A DNA stretch of 63,893 bases, counting the filler, from Octopus bimaculoides (lineage: Eukaryota): assembly GCF_001194135.2 (NCBI RefSeq). It is 7 parts of 7 records of this genome, joined end to end, with 100 filler letters (N's around TTAATTAATTAA, not from the genome) between each part and the next. Parts side by side here need not be neighbours in the genome. Positions count along the whole stretch, not along the records: positions 1 to 8,307 come from NW_026439310.1; positions 8,408 to 17,275 come from NC_068993.1; 5 more parts are not named here. One strand, 5' to 3'. Position numbers and translations under genes: made by a program. The notes beneath the pieces were generated by a model. It did no database searches and was not told the origin of the DNA. It was given only the letters and a program-made list of their open reading frames with translations. Below, in pieces: positions 1 to 11,289 of the stretch. Within the stretch, counting starts at the first letter, position 1. Every line of letters starts with the position of its first letter.

Positions 1-1409
1 ATATATATATATATGTATGTATGTATATATGTGTATGTATGTATATATGTGTATATACATATATATGTATATATATATATATATGTATGAATAAGCAATA
101 TATTTAAAGTATCTGTTCATAGAGCAGATGTCCAGCATAAATTGTCTATATTTTGAGAGGATGGCGCCTTGTGTGGGAGACTAAGGTGAAGCTAAGGGTG
201 GCTGGCACCATTTGTGTAGGAGCATGTGTGTAACATTGATATCAGTATTCAAAGATGGTAATATGAAAGGAAAAATTAAAATGTAGGGCTCACTTCATTT
301 GTTGAAATGAGGTTTGGAGAGAGCCCATTTGATATTTGTTCATATCTATACAACTGACATAAAATTTACCATCTAAAAGATGAGAAACAAGTGGACCCAT
401 AGGCTGGCATCTTAGCTTGAATATTTTTGTGCTTGATATGTCAAAAGTTCTACTGATATAAAGAGTAGAAAAACTGCATTCATGAAGATTGCAAGTAGTG
501 CTGTCACAAGCAGAATATAGATGGATTGAAGCCAAAACTTATTATTCTGGTAGATTTGAGTTCAGAAGCTGGAGGAACCAAGCTAAATACCATAATCTAT
601 TGAGTCTGGTGAGCTCTCACCTCTGACATCCTTGTAATATATATATATTTTTTTTTTTCTCAGTGTTTAAGCACAAAAGAGCTAAGTTTTAAAGTTGAAG
701 TGACAATTATAACTTTTTCTGATGTTATTTAAAGTTAAGTAAAGTAAATCGTATTTTAGCTCACTTTTATGCAATGATGACAGAATTTAAAGTACAGCTA
801 CTTTCCTATTGTTTCAACCCTGCCAGCTGATACAACAGTCACCAGTTGTTAAGTACTCTTGCTGCTGAGTGTAAATGGTGTACTTGTGTGGTAGGTATTT
901 ATAACCAAGTGTGAAAGTCATGTAGAGTAAAATTTGGAATCTTGATGTTCAGCAATGGTAGTAATTAGTCATTAGGAGAATTGGATGAGTTGGATTGCTG
1001 TGAGGAACAAAGAACAAATAGTGCTGTTATTCAGGGTGTAAGTAAATAAAAACGAACACTAATTTCCCTGAGATGAAGAGCCAGGCCTGAAATGTTAGTC
1101 TACACTTACCATTCCTATATAGACTTAAGATCTTTGTCAAAGTAATATAATACATTATAAATCACAGTAAGCCAACTATTGGTCCCTCAGCAATTTATTG
1201 AGTACTGAAATATACCACCATTGAATTATAATTTAAGTAAAATAATATGAATTAGGTATTGAAACTGCATCACAAAGTAGATTCACTGGAAGTTTTTCTC
1301 TGTTGCTCATGACATTGATTTATTTTGCATTGATTAATTTCTCTTATTATTTTATCTGTTAAAAGAATTTTTTCACTCATTCTAATCTCAGAATTTTAAT
1401 ACTTTTTAG

Positions 1410-1541
1410 GATCTATGTGATTCCCCAAAGTTGTTTGTTGAGGGAGCTCACAGTGGTGATGTTACCCAAGGATCAGTTGGCAACTGCTGGTTTGTTGCTG
1501 CAATGTCATGTTTAGCAAACTATAAAGACGTTTGGAATAGA
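1410..1541 (+). CDS. CAPN5: Internal coding exon of a calpain-5/TRA-3-like cysteine protease (catalytic-Cys exon)
   Basis: Pyrimidine tract and AG at 1408-1409, donor GTAAAT at 1542. The 132-nt phase 0/0 frame reads DLCDSPKLFVEGAHSGDVTQGSVGNCWFVAAMSCLANYKDVWNR. QGxxGNCWFVAA is the calpain active-site motif (Cys codon 1485-1487). GNCWF rather than GDCW, and the overall match to recalled CAPN5 sequence, point to the CAPN5/TRA-3 group. Orthology is inferred from one exon. Confidence 0.9.
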
Positions 1542-1892
1542 GTAAATATTTAATTTTATTTTTAATTATTTTTCATCCTTTGTAAATGTTCTAATAGTCA
1601 TTTCAGTCTTTGAATTTATTTCTGTGTTTGAAACTAACTTTTTTTCTTGTTATTGTTATTGTTGTTGGTGACATTACTACTATTATATTGTTTTGTTATT
1701 CTTGTAATTGTTATTACTGCTACTTCTGTTGTTATTGCAAACCCTGCTGAAAGTGTAGAAAACCATGCTATATTTTCTTTCTATGCTTTTTCTTCATTTA
1801 CACCTACTTGTATTTACACTTACCTCTATTTGCACCATCTACTGTGTATATATGCAAATATACATAAATGTTTGTATATATATATAATTATA

Positions 1893-3130
1893 TACAAGGA
1901 GAAGTCCAAAGTTATCCACACTTTTGCCATAACATATCTTTATTATTATAACACTGCCTTCTGCACATGCATGCTTATAGTTGGTAATATTGTGGTCACA
2001 TGGTCGAAGTTTGAACCTGATTACACCATTTTTTTTTCTTTTTCTGGCATTACAGTGTAAGCAAGCCTGCTCCACTAGTAATGTGCACCAAAGGAGAACA
2101 AAGAAAAGTGATCCGATTTCTCTGGTCGGAAGGTGTGTGAGGTGCTGAAATTCATCGGAGGCTTTTAGCACAATACGGGGACAGTGCACTACTATGTAGA
2201 AGTGTGTAGGAGTGGATTGAGAAGTTTAAAAGTGGCCAGACAAGTGTGACACTTGAAGAAGAAGCAGGATGCCTGTCAACCTCCACCACTAATGAGAAGA
2301 TTCAGCAAGCTTGAGAAATGGTAATGGTGAACCAGCGAGTTATCATTGATGAGATAGCTCATGGTTCTGCCTATCAAATCATCCATGATGAGCTCAGCTT
2401 ACATAAAGTCTGTGCAAGATGGGTGCCAACAGAGCTTACTGCAGAGCACAAGCACAAACGTCTTGAGGTTTGCCAATGTTTATTCAATTGCTACAACAAT
2501 GAGTGCAAGAAATGAAATGTGGGTCCATCTTTGAGGCAAAATCCAAAAGACAGAGTATGGAGTGAAAGCATTCTGGTTTGCCAATAACAAAGAAGTTCAA
2601 GACTCAGTCTTGCAAGGGAAAGGTGATGCTAATTCTATTTTGGGACTGAAAAGGGCTTATCCTGGAAGACTACCTGGAAAATGGGTGTATGATCAACAGT
2701 GCAAGATACAGTTCTTTGCTGGCCAACAAAATGAAGCCAGCAATTTGCACTAAACGCCAAAGCCTACTGTGAAAGAACACACACGGTGACCCAGACTGTT
2801 GAAACCATTAACCAATTGGGTTTTGAGGTGTTGGAACACCTTGCCTACAGCCCAAATTGCACCTCTTCTGACTATCATATCTTTGAACCGCTCAAAACTG
2901 GTTTACGAGGTTGTCAATTTCATACAGATTATGTGAAGGAAGCAGTGCATAAATGGTTGCATGACCAACCATAAATCTTCTTCCTGGAGGGAATATGCAA
3001 GCTTGTGGACCGCTGGGTTAAGTGCATCGCAAAGGAAGGAGATTATAAAGAAAAATGATGTACCTGCTTATCCCCTGTAAATACAATGCAAAAACAAAAG
3101 TGCATATTATTTTTTTGATTCTCCCTTGTA
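1893..3130 (+). mobile_element. Near full-length decayed mariner transposon
   Basis: TA at 1891-1892 and 3131-3132. Degenerate TIRs: TACAAGGAGAAGTCCAAA versus reverse complement TACAAGGGAGAATCAAA. Disrupted transposase: EQRKVIRFLWSEG..AEIHRRLLAQYG (HTH), KVCARWVPTELT, WVH, LILFWD, LEHLAYSPNCTSSDYHIF. Several stops and frameshifts. Confidence 0.9.
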
Positions 3131-3135
3131 TATCC

Positions 3136-3489
3136 AAATTGTGGGAATGGAGTGGGTAAATCCAGGCCACATATGTTTCCTGGCTAGCAGAACCTTGGAA
3201 GTAGTCATTACTCAATGAGGAGTACTTCACTAGCTACTCATCATGTTGGAGATACCTTAGTTAAATGAAGGTTACATTGTCATTAAGGAGATTCCAGTTA
3301 ACTCATTGGAAATACGATTTAAAATATCCAGCAAGTTAACTTGGGATTTCTTAACAACAATGTAACCTTCATTTAACTAAGATATCTTCAGCCCGACAAG
3401 TAGTTAGTGGAACCCCTCATTGAGTAATTATTACTTACGAGGTTCTGCAAACTAGAAAACAAATGTAACCTGGATTTTATCCACAATTT
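3136..3489. mobile_element. Foldback/MITE-like palindromic element (~354 bp)
   Basis: Arms are symmetric about a 16-nt loop (3311-3326). A perfect 25-bp inverted match runs 3256-3280 versus 3357-3381 (CTTAGTTAAATGAAGGTTACATTGT), and imperfect pairing continues to AAATTGTGG...CCACAATTT. Confidence 0.75.
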
Positions 3490-3727
3490 AAATTTTTATT
3501 CACATTTATAGCAACTCTAGTTGCTAACCATGAACTATAAAGAAGACTTTCTTCAGCTTAGTGAACTTTGATATGGGAAAAAACCCACAACCTTCTAAGC
3601 CAATAAACTATTATAGTTCTTGAAAATTGTTTCTTGTACTTACCGTGGACTGCTCAAAGTTTACTAACTTTCTATATCTAAATCCTGGGATCTTACAATT
3701 ACACATCATTATAGGTGTTTGTACATA

Positions 3728-4209
3728 TATTGGGTTGGCAAGAAAGTAATTTCCTTTTTCGCAAATAGAGTTAGGATTTTTTTTGAATAAATTTGTCAAT
3801 GTTATGATTTTTTCCTTCAGACATTTCATAGCTGTTACTTTTAGTTTACTTTAGAAACAAATTGCGCATAATTTTGTTTACAGCTGTTAGTTTAGTGTCA
3901 ACTTTAACATGGAGTGCAAAAACGAACATTTTTGCCATATTTTGCCTTTTTATTTACAAAAAGGTAAGAAAGCTGGTGAGGCTCACAGAGAGATATGTGA
4001 AGTTTATGGTGTTGATTGCTTAACAGAATGCATGTGTCAGAAATGGTTTAAAAAATTCCATTCTGGAAATTTTTTCATTTAAAGATGACCAACATTCTGG
4101 TCAATCTACTGAAGTTGATGACGACCAATTCAAAGCCATAATTGAATCTGATTGTCATATAACTGTGCGAGAGATTGCAGAATGGTTAAATGTATGACAC
4201 ACAACATTT
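3728..4209 (+). mobile_element. 5' part of a second mariner family
   Basis: TA followed by TIR TATTGGGTTGGCAAGAAAGTAAT. From ATG 3909: MECKNEHFCHILPFYLQKGKKAGEAHREICEVYGVDCLTECMCQKWFKKFHSGNF..DDQHSGQSTEVDDDQFKAIIESDCHITVREIAEWLNV, a mariner N-terminal HTH region. Ends at a TA microsatellite. Confidence 0.85.
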
Positions 4210-4664
4210 AAAATATATATGCATATATATATATATATTATAATATGAATAATATATAACTATGTGCATATATACATACATATATGTATATACCTACAGA
4301 TATATGTATATACATGCATATATGGGTACAGGACATAAAGAAAAACATGGACAGAATGAGAAAAGAGAACATAAAAAACAAAAACATAGAAAACAAACTG
4401 TTTTCAATCAATGAAAAACACAAACAAGCAGAGAAATGAGACATGCCACATAAAGAACATTTACCTTCATCGTTTCGAAGGTAAGGACAAGACGTGACTT
4501 CATTAAAACAATCCTACCCCGCTAAGAAAATTGAATCAAATTTGGGATTTATTGTGGAGGGTGTCAGTGGTAACAAAAACAGGACAGTGAGAACAAAACA
4601 GTAAAAACAAAGGTATACATATATACATACATATTTATATACATATATATATGTATATATATAC

Positions 4665-7600
4665 ACTGAAGGGTAGGTCTGGTGAGATTGTTGAGATGCT
4701 TGAACAGAGACGTGTAGATTTGTGCTGCATCCAAGAAGTGAGGTGGAGAGGAGGTTCTGCTAGGTTCCTCACAGGCAAAGAACACAGGTACAAGATTTTC
4801 TGGGCAGGGAACACTGACAGGGTTGGGGGCGTGGGTATACTTCTTGCAGAGAAATGGGTTGATAAGGTAATCGAGGTAGTCAGAGTATGTGACAGAGTAC
4901 TTAAGATTAGATTAGTGCTTCACCATAAGTTGGCTGCCGTTATCTTGGCCTATGCCCCTCGACCTGGGCTAAAGGATAGGCAGAAAGACCAATTTTATGA
5001 CACCCTATTGCAGACTACCTCATTGACGAATGACAGGGACCTTCTCTTTGTGGCTGGTGATTTCAATGGACATGTTGGACAACATGCAGGGGGCTTCCAT
5101 GGTGTACATGGAGGCTATGACTTTGGTTCCCAAAATGAGGAGGGAACCAGACTGTTGGAGTTCTGTGATACAAATGCTCTTATGGTTTGCAATACCAACT
5201 TCAGGAAACCTGCCAGTCATCTAGTCACCTACCATTCCGGAAGACACACTAGCCAAATTGACTACATCCTCGCAAGGAAAAGGGAAAGAGGACTGCTTAT
5301 AAATACCAAAACCTTTCCAGGCGTACCCCTCAACACAGATTAGTAGTTAGTGACTTCGGGATCAGGGCTAAATGGATGCCCAGAAGTAGACCAGTTTGGA
5401 GGAGAAGGGTCTGGAACCTTAAAGATCCTGCAAATGGACAGAGATTTAGAGACATGTTACTCGAAGCCTTCCACGAAATAGAAGGGGATATAGCATCACA
5501 TAATGTAGAAGACAACTGGAGATTTCTACAGGACAATCTGCTGGGAGCCACTGACTAGATCTGTGGATGGTGCAAAGTCCCCTCTCGACCCAAAGTAACG
5601 TGGTGGTGGAACAATGTGGTTGACAGGGCTATTAGACAAAAGAAACAGGCTTGGAAGGACTGGAAGAACGGTGGTAGCAGGGAATTGGATCAGACTGTCA
5701 GAAGAGAAGCTAGGAGACAGGTTTACTTAGCCAGAGGGGAAGCAGATAAGAAAAAATTTGCCAATGTTCTCCGCCGTGAGGACCAAAGACTTGGAGTATT
5801 TTGTGTTCCAAGACAGTGTGTGAGAGAGAATCATGATGTCGTAGGAGAGAAATGTGTCCACATGGATGATGGCTCACACGCACTAAACAAGGCTGCAAAG
5901 AGAGAGGTTTGGAGATGCCACTATGAAAGGTTGCTCAATAAAGAGAATGAATGGGAGAAAGAGAGTCTGCCGAATGTTGACCTAACAGAGGGACCAGCTA
6001 TCCTAATTGACAGCACCATGGTAGATAAAGCAATTAAGAGTATGAAGACAGAGAAAGCCTCCAGCCCTTCAGGAATCACTGCAGAGATGCTCAAGATCTC
6101 TGGCAGTGTCGGCTATAGCCTAGTCACCCATATAGTTAACCAGGTGATACACAAAGGAGTCATACCCAATGACTGGTGTAGCAGCACTATAGTCAACTGC
6201 TACAAAGGTAAAGGTGACGCTTTAGATACAAAGTTACAGAGGTATCAAATTGTTGGACCAGGTAATGAAGGTCACAGAGAGGGTCATAGCCCAACAAATT
6301 AGGAAGAAAGTCAGCTTAGATGAGATGCAGTTTGGATTCGTGTCAGGGAAAAACACCACAGATGCTATATTTCTGGTAAGACAGCTGCAGGAGAAATACC
6401 TAGCCAAAGATAAACCTCTGTACCTGGCTTTTGTTGACATGGAGAAAGCCTTTGAAAGGGTCCTCTGATCTCTTATCTGGTGGTCAATGAGGAAACTAGG
6501 GATAAATGAATGGTTAGTGAGAGCTGTGCGAGTCATGCACAGGGGCGCTTTCAGTAAGGCGAGGGTTGGCAGCGAGTTCAATGAAGAATTCCAGGTAGAA
6601 GTAGGGGTCCACCAAGGTTCTGTCCTCAGCTCCCTCATATTTATCATAGTCCTCCAGGTAATAACAGAGGAATTCAAGACAGGTTGCACCTGGGAGCTCC
6701 TCTATGCTGATGACCTTGCTCTAATTGCTGAGTCACTATCAGAACTAGAGGAGAAGTTTCAGGTGTGGAAGCAAGGATTAGAATTAAAGGTCCTTAGAGT
6801 CAACCTAGCTAAAACCAAAGTCCTAATAAGTAGAAAGGTGGACAAACCACAAACCTGCTCGATCTGTAGAAAAGGCATAAGTAGAAACTCTATAAGATGT
6901 ACCCAGTGTAAGCTATGGACACATAAGAGGTGCAGCAATATCAAAGAAGGCTAACTGGGAAGATAGTTTTTGTATGTGGCAGATGCTCAGGAGCAGTAAA
7001 CACTGAAAATGTGCAGAAAACAACTTTTGCCACATTCCAGGGAGAAAAACTAGACGTAGTTGATAGCTTCCGCTATATGGGTGACCAATATGGGTGCACT
7101 GAAAGTGTAGCTGCTAGAATAAAAATAGCCTGGGCAAAGTTCAGAGAGCTCTTACTTCTGCTGGCGACAAAGGGCCTCTCGTTCAGAGTAAAAGGCAGAC
7201 TGTATGACGCATGTGTATAAACAGCCATGCTACATGGCAGTGAAACATGGGCCGTGACTGCTGAGGACATGTGTAAGCTTGCAAGGAATGAAGCCAGTAT
7301 GCTCCGATTGATGTGTAGTGTCAGTGTGTGTACTCGACGGAGTGTAAGCACCTTGAGAGAAAAGTTGAACCTAAGAAGCATCGGTTGTGGTGTGCAAGAG
7401 AGACGATTGTGCTAGTATGGTCACTTGTTGAGAATGGATGAGGATAGCTGTGTGAAAAAGTGCCACAGCATCGTAGTTGAGGTACCTGTGGAAGAGGTAG
7501 ACCCAGGAAGACCTTGGATGAGGTGGTGAAGCTCTACCTTCGAATATTAGGCCTCACCGAGGCAATGACTTCTGACCGAGACCCGTGGAAATATGGTATG

Positions 7601-8288
7601 CATGAGAACACCCGGCAAGACAAGTGAGACCATGACCCGTGGCCTTTACCAGGGGTGTGGCCAGCCCACTTATATGTAACTTTTCTTCTTTGGACACAAA
7701 ACCCTGCTTGAGGCAAGTGAAATTGAAATCGAAGCAAATTTAATGACTGGCACCCATGCTAACCTTCCTGTATTGGACACTAAACTCAGCTTGCAAAGAC
7801 CTGTTGGGGTAAGTGAGATCAAAACTGCACCAAATTTGATGACTGGCACCCGTGCCAGTGGAGCGCTAACAGCACCATCCGAGTGGCACACTGCTGGTGG
7901 CACGTAAAAAGCACCATTTGAGTGCAATCGTTACCAACTTCGCTTCGCCTTACTGGCACTTGTGCCGGTGGCATGTGAACAAAACATTGGCTGACTCCTG
8001 TGCAGGTGGCACATAAAACACACCATTTGAGTGTGGCCATTGCCAGTACCGCCAGACTGGCCCTCGTGCTGATGGCACGTAAAATGCACCCACTACACTC
8101 TCGGAATGGTTAGCGTTAGGAAGGGCATCCAGCTGTAGAAACTGGCATTAGGAAGGGCATCAAACAAATTAGAAACAAATTAGATTGGAGCCTGGTGTAG
8201 CCATCTGGTTTGCTAGTCTTCAGTTAAATCGTCCAATCCATGCTAGCGTAGAAGGCAGACGTTAAACGATGATGATGATGATGATGAT
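4665..8288 (+). mobile_element. 5'-truncated RTE-clade LINE (APE endonuclease + RT), disrupted
   Basis: Endonuclease motifs LCCIQEVRW, GVGILL, GDFNGHVG, SQIDYIL. RT motifs YLAFVDMEKAF, VHQGSVLS, ELLYADDLAL, then MLHGSETW. Long 3' UTR ending AAACGATGATGAT..., a (GAT)n tail at ~8268-8288. Multiple frameshifts and stops. Confidence 0.92.
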
Positions 8289-8307
8289 ATATATGTATGT
8301 ATATATA

Positions 8308-8407
8308 NNNNNNNNNNNNNNNNNNNNNNNNNNNNNNNNNNNNNNNNNNNNTTAATTAATTAANNNNNNNNNNNNNNNNNNNNNNNNNNNNNNNNNNNNN
8401 NNNNNNN
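8308..8407. other. Artificial scaffold-join marker 44N-TTAATTAATTAA-44N
   Basis: The same 100-bp structure occurs at 8308, 17276, 24780, 34953, 56757 and 61300. TTAATTAATTAA gives stops in all six frames. Not biological sequence. Confidence 0.95.
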
Positions 8408-8701
8408 TATATATAATACAAAAAAGGGACAACAAAATATCCAGACAGACGATACAAGGAAAACAAGGACAGGTCATTCGGAGTTTTCTTTCCTCAATTG
8501 AGTTCCATATTATCTTTGCAATTTCGGCTGGTTATACTCGAGATTGCTCCAATCTGGCCAGCGCCGATGGAAAAAATAAGCTAAGAGCCTTAGATTCCTT
8601 GGAAGCAGCGAATGTATACGAAAACAAGGATGGAATAATCGTACATTTATACTTGTATAGATATGCATATGTATATATTTCTACATCTATTTATATACAG
8701 T

Positions 8702-8708
<7 letters not shown>

Positions 8709-8764
<56 letters not shown>
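8709..8764. repeat. (TA)n microsatellite
   Basis: Direct read. Similar long TA tract at ~52370-52446. Confidence 0.95.
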
Positions 8765-8766
<2 letters not shown>

Positions 8767-9146
8767 GTATTTGTATGTGTATGAGTGATCTAGTATATAT
8801 ACATGTGTGTGTGTATGTTATTGTGTGTGTGTGTGTGTATTGTGTATGTGTGTGTGTGTGTGTGTGTGTATGTGTGTGTGTCTTCTCTCAATCTCTATAC
8901 TTAAATTTCCCTTTCCCTCTTATCATTCACTGTCTTTCAACTATTCTCTTACTCTCTCCTCCTCTCTTCCCAATCACTAATAATACTTTCTCCTCCTATT
9001 CTCTCTGTCTCTCACTAAAATTGTCCTTCTTTCTCTCTCTCTCCCACTTTCTTACACAATCTCTTAACCCACTAAAGCTCTTTCTGTTTGTCTTTCACTC
9101 CCATCTCTCTTTGTCTCTCTTCCCTAAACTGTCTACATTTCAGTAT

Positions 9147-9185
<39 letters not shown>

Positions 9186-9559
9186 CACACACATACATGT
9201 ATATACATTTTTACATAACTACACATACAGACAAATAAATGTGTGTATTTGTTTTTTTTTTGTGTGTGCTAATAATTACATTTGTCTCCGTTGTTTTAAT
9301 CCTGGCGCTGGCAATATCGCTATGCCCTTTTAGTCGGTTCCTAATTTCGCATAGTTTTACCTCCATCCCCTAATCTTTAATTCACCATTTCTATTCCGCA
9401 AGTAAGATAACTGTTTCATAATTACGATCTCATTCACTGATAAACGTCATTCAACCTTCTATTTCTCGTATTTTTCTCTCTCTTCCATTGTCTATTTCTC
9501 TCCTTCTCTCTTTCTCTCTTTCTCTCTTTCTCTCTTTCTCTCTCTCTCTGTATAGCTAT

Positions 9560-10120
9560 CTATATATTCTGCCATGTGTGTATATATTTGTGCGTGCACG
9601 CTGTGTACGTACGTGTGAATGTGTTTGTAAGTGTGGTTTTGTGTGTATTTGTATGTGTGACTGGTTCTAAGTGTGTTTCTATGTGTATGTTTGTGTTTAA
9701 ATGTACGCGTGTAGATGCGTTTGTGTGTCGTTGTGTGTATGCTTGCATGTTTGTGTTTATATGCAAGCGTGTTACGTTTGTGTGCCGTGTGCGTGTACAT
9801 GCACACGCGCGTGTCAATGTTTGTATGTGTGTGCGTTTGTATCTCTGCGCCTGTGTGAGTGAATGCATATGTATGTTTCTGTTTATGTGTATATTTGTGC
9901 ATAGATTTGTGCATTTGTATGACCATGTGTATGGATTTACTTGAGCGTGTGAGTATGTGTGTGTGTGTATGTGTGCGCGCATTTATGTGCATATGTGTGT
10001 ATAGTTACATTTGTTTTGAAGCTCTACATATATCCCTGTATCTGTTATTTGCAGATTTGTTTTTATGATGTCTGTATGTATCCTTATATATCTGTCTCTC
10101 TGTCTTTCTAGATATCTACA

Positions 10121-10204
<84 letters not shown>

Positions 10205-10230
10205 TATATATATATATATATATATATATA
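9560..10230. repeat. Cryptic TG/CA low-complexity tract ending in pure (CA)n and (TA)n
   Basis: Direct read; pure CA run ~10127-10201. Source of the spurious HT/CV/YI ORFs. Confidence 0.9.
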
Positions 10231-11097
10231 CATACATACAGGATATATAGAAATATAGTAGGATATAAATCTAAAAAAACAATAAAATGTCTAAAAATGT
10301 TTCCAGCCAATGAAAATTCTTTAGAATGTATAAAAATTCTAAAGTTTCTCAATTATATTCCAATGGAATTTTTGATGTTACATAAATTATTATAGCGATT
10401 AAATCTAGCAACATTTTGTAAATAGCTGTTTTCAACATAATTCCCATATTTTAGTATTCTTATTTAGTGGGATAGCAAAGCATTTTTTAGATCGGCAGAT
10501 TAAATACCTTCATGCGTTTAAGTCAGACAGTTCTAATCCCGACAAGGATAACTTTACTTTGCATTATTCCGGGCGTCTATGACAGGATTGTTGTTATTAA
10601 GCTACCGATCACTTTTGATTTTAGCTTAAAACCAATGTGTCAAAAATGTTTCAGATATGACTGTCCCTTCTTACATTTTGGAATTGTACTCGCGGACAGC
10701 ATTTTCAGTGTCTCTTTTCAAAGACGGGGAGGCCGAATGGTAAAAAATATGCTTCGCAACCTCAAGATTTCAATTCCCCGGCGCATGCTATCTCGGGCAA
10801 GTGTCTTTTGCAGTAGTCTTAGCTCGACCCCAGCGAAATTCGTTGACTTCAAAAGAATAAACAACAAAGCTAGCCTCGACAGGATTTGAACTCAAAACAT
10901 AAAGAATTTGAAAACATTCCCCAATTCCTTTAATTTGATATTCTAACAGTTCTGTCTACCCACGAGCTTTTTTCCTTCAGAAAATGACAATAACAAAAGC
11001 AAAACAAAAGAAAATATAGATGAGCTGGTGTCGCTGCAAATCATTCTCTTCTTGAAAACTATTAATCTCGTAGTGAAGAAAGACATCTATCATTATG

Positions 11098-11270
11098 ACA
11101 AGCTGCACAATTGTTAGCACGTCGGACAAAAGGTCTAAGTCGCATTTCTTCTGACTCTTTACATTCACAGCTCAAACACTTTGCTTTTCATCCTTTCGGG
11201 GTCGATAAATAAAGTACCAATCAAGTACTGAAATCGATGTAATCGACTAACAACCTTATACCAAAATTTC
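11098..11270 (+). mobile_element. SINE family A copy
   Basis: Contains the family core CTTTCATCCTTTCGGGGTCGATAAATAAAGTACC shared with copies at 14.9, 26.4, 30.2 and 41.6 kb. Confidence 0.75.
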
Positions 11271-11289
11271 AAACTATTATTGTTGTTGT

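Noticed and set aside
4465-4510. Minus-strand TAATGAAG...CGAAACG with an 8-bp hairpin as another hammerhead
   Set aside because: Core lacks CUGA, the spacer has no clear stem II, and there is no NUH site; too degenerate to call.
8352-8363. Recurrent TTAATTAATTAA between N runs as a biological repeat
   Set aside because: Always exactly 44N + 12 + 44N at six sites; an assembly linker.
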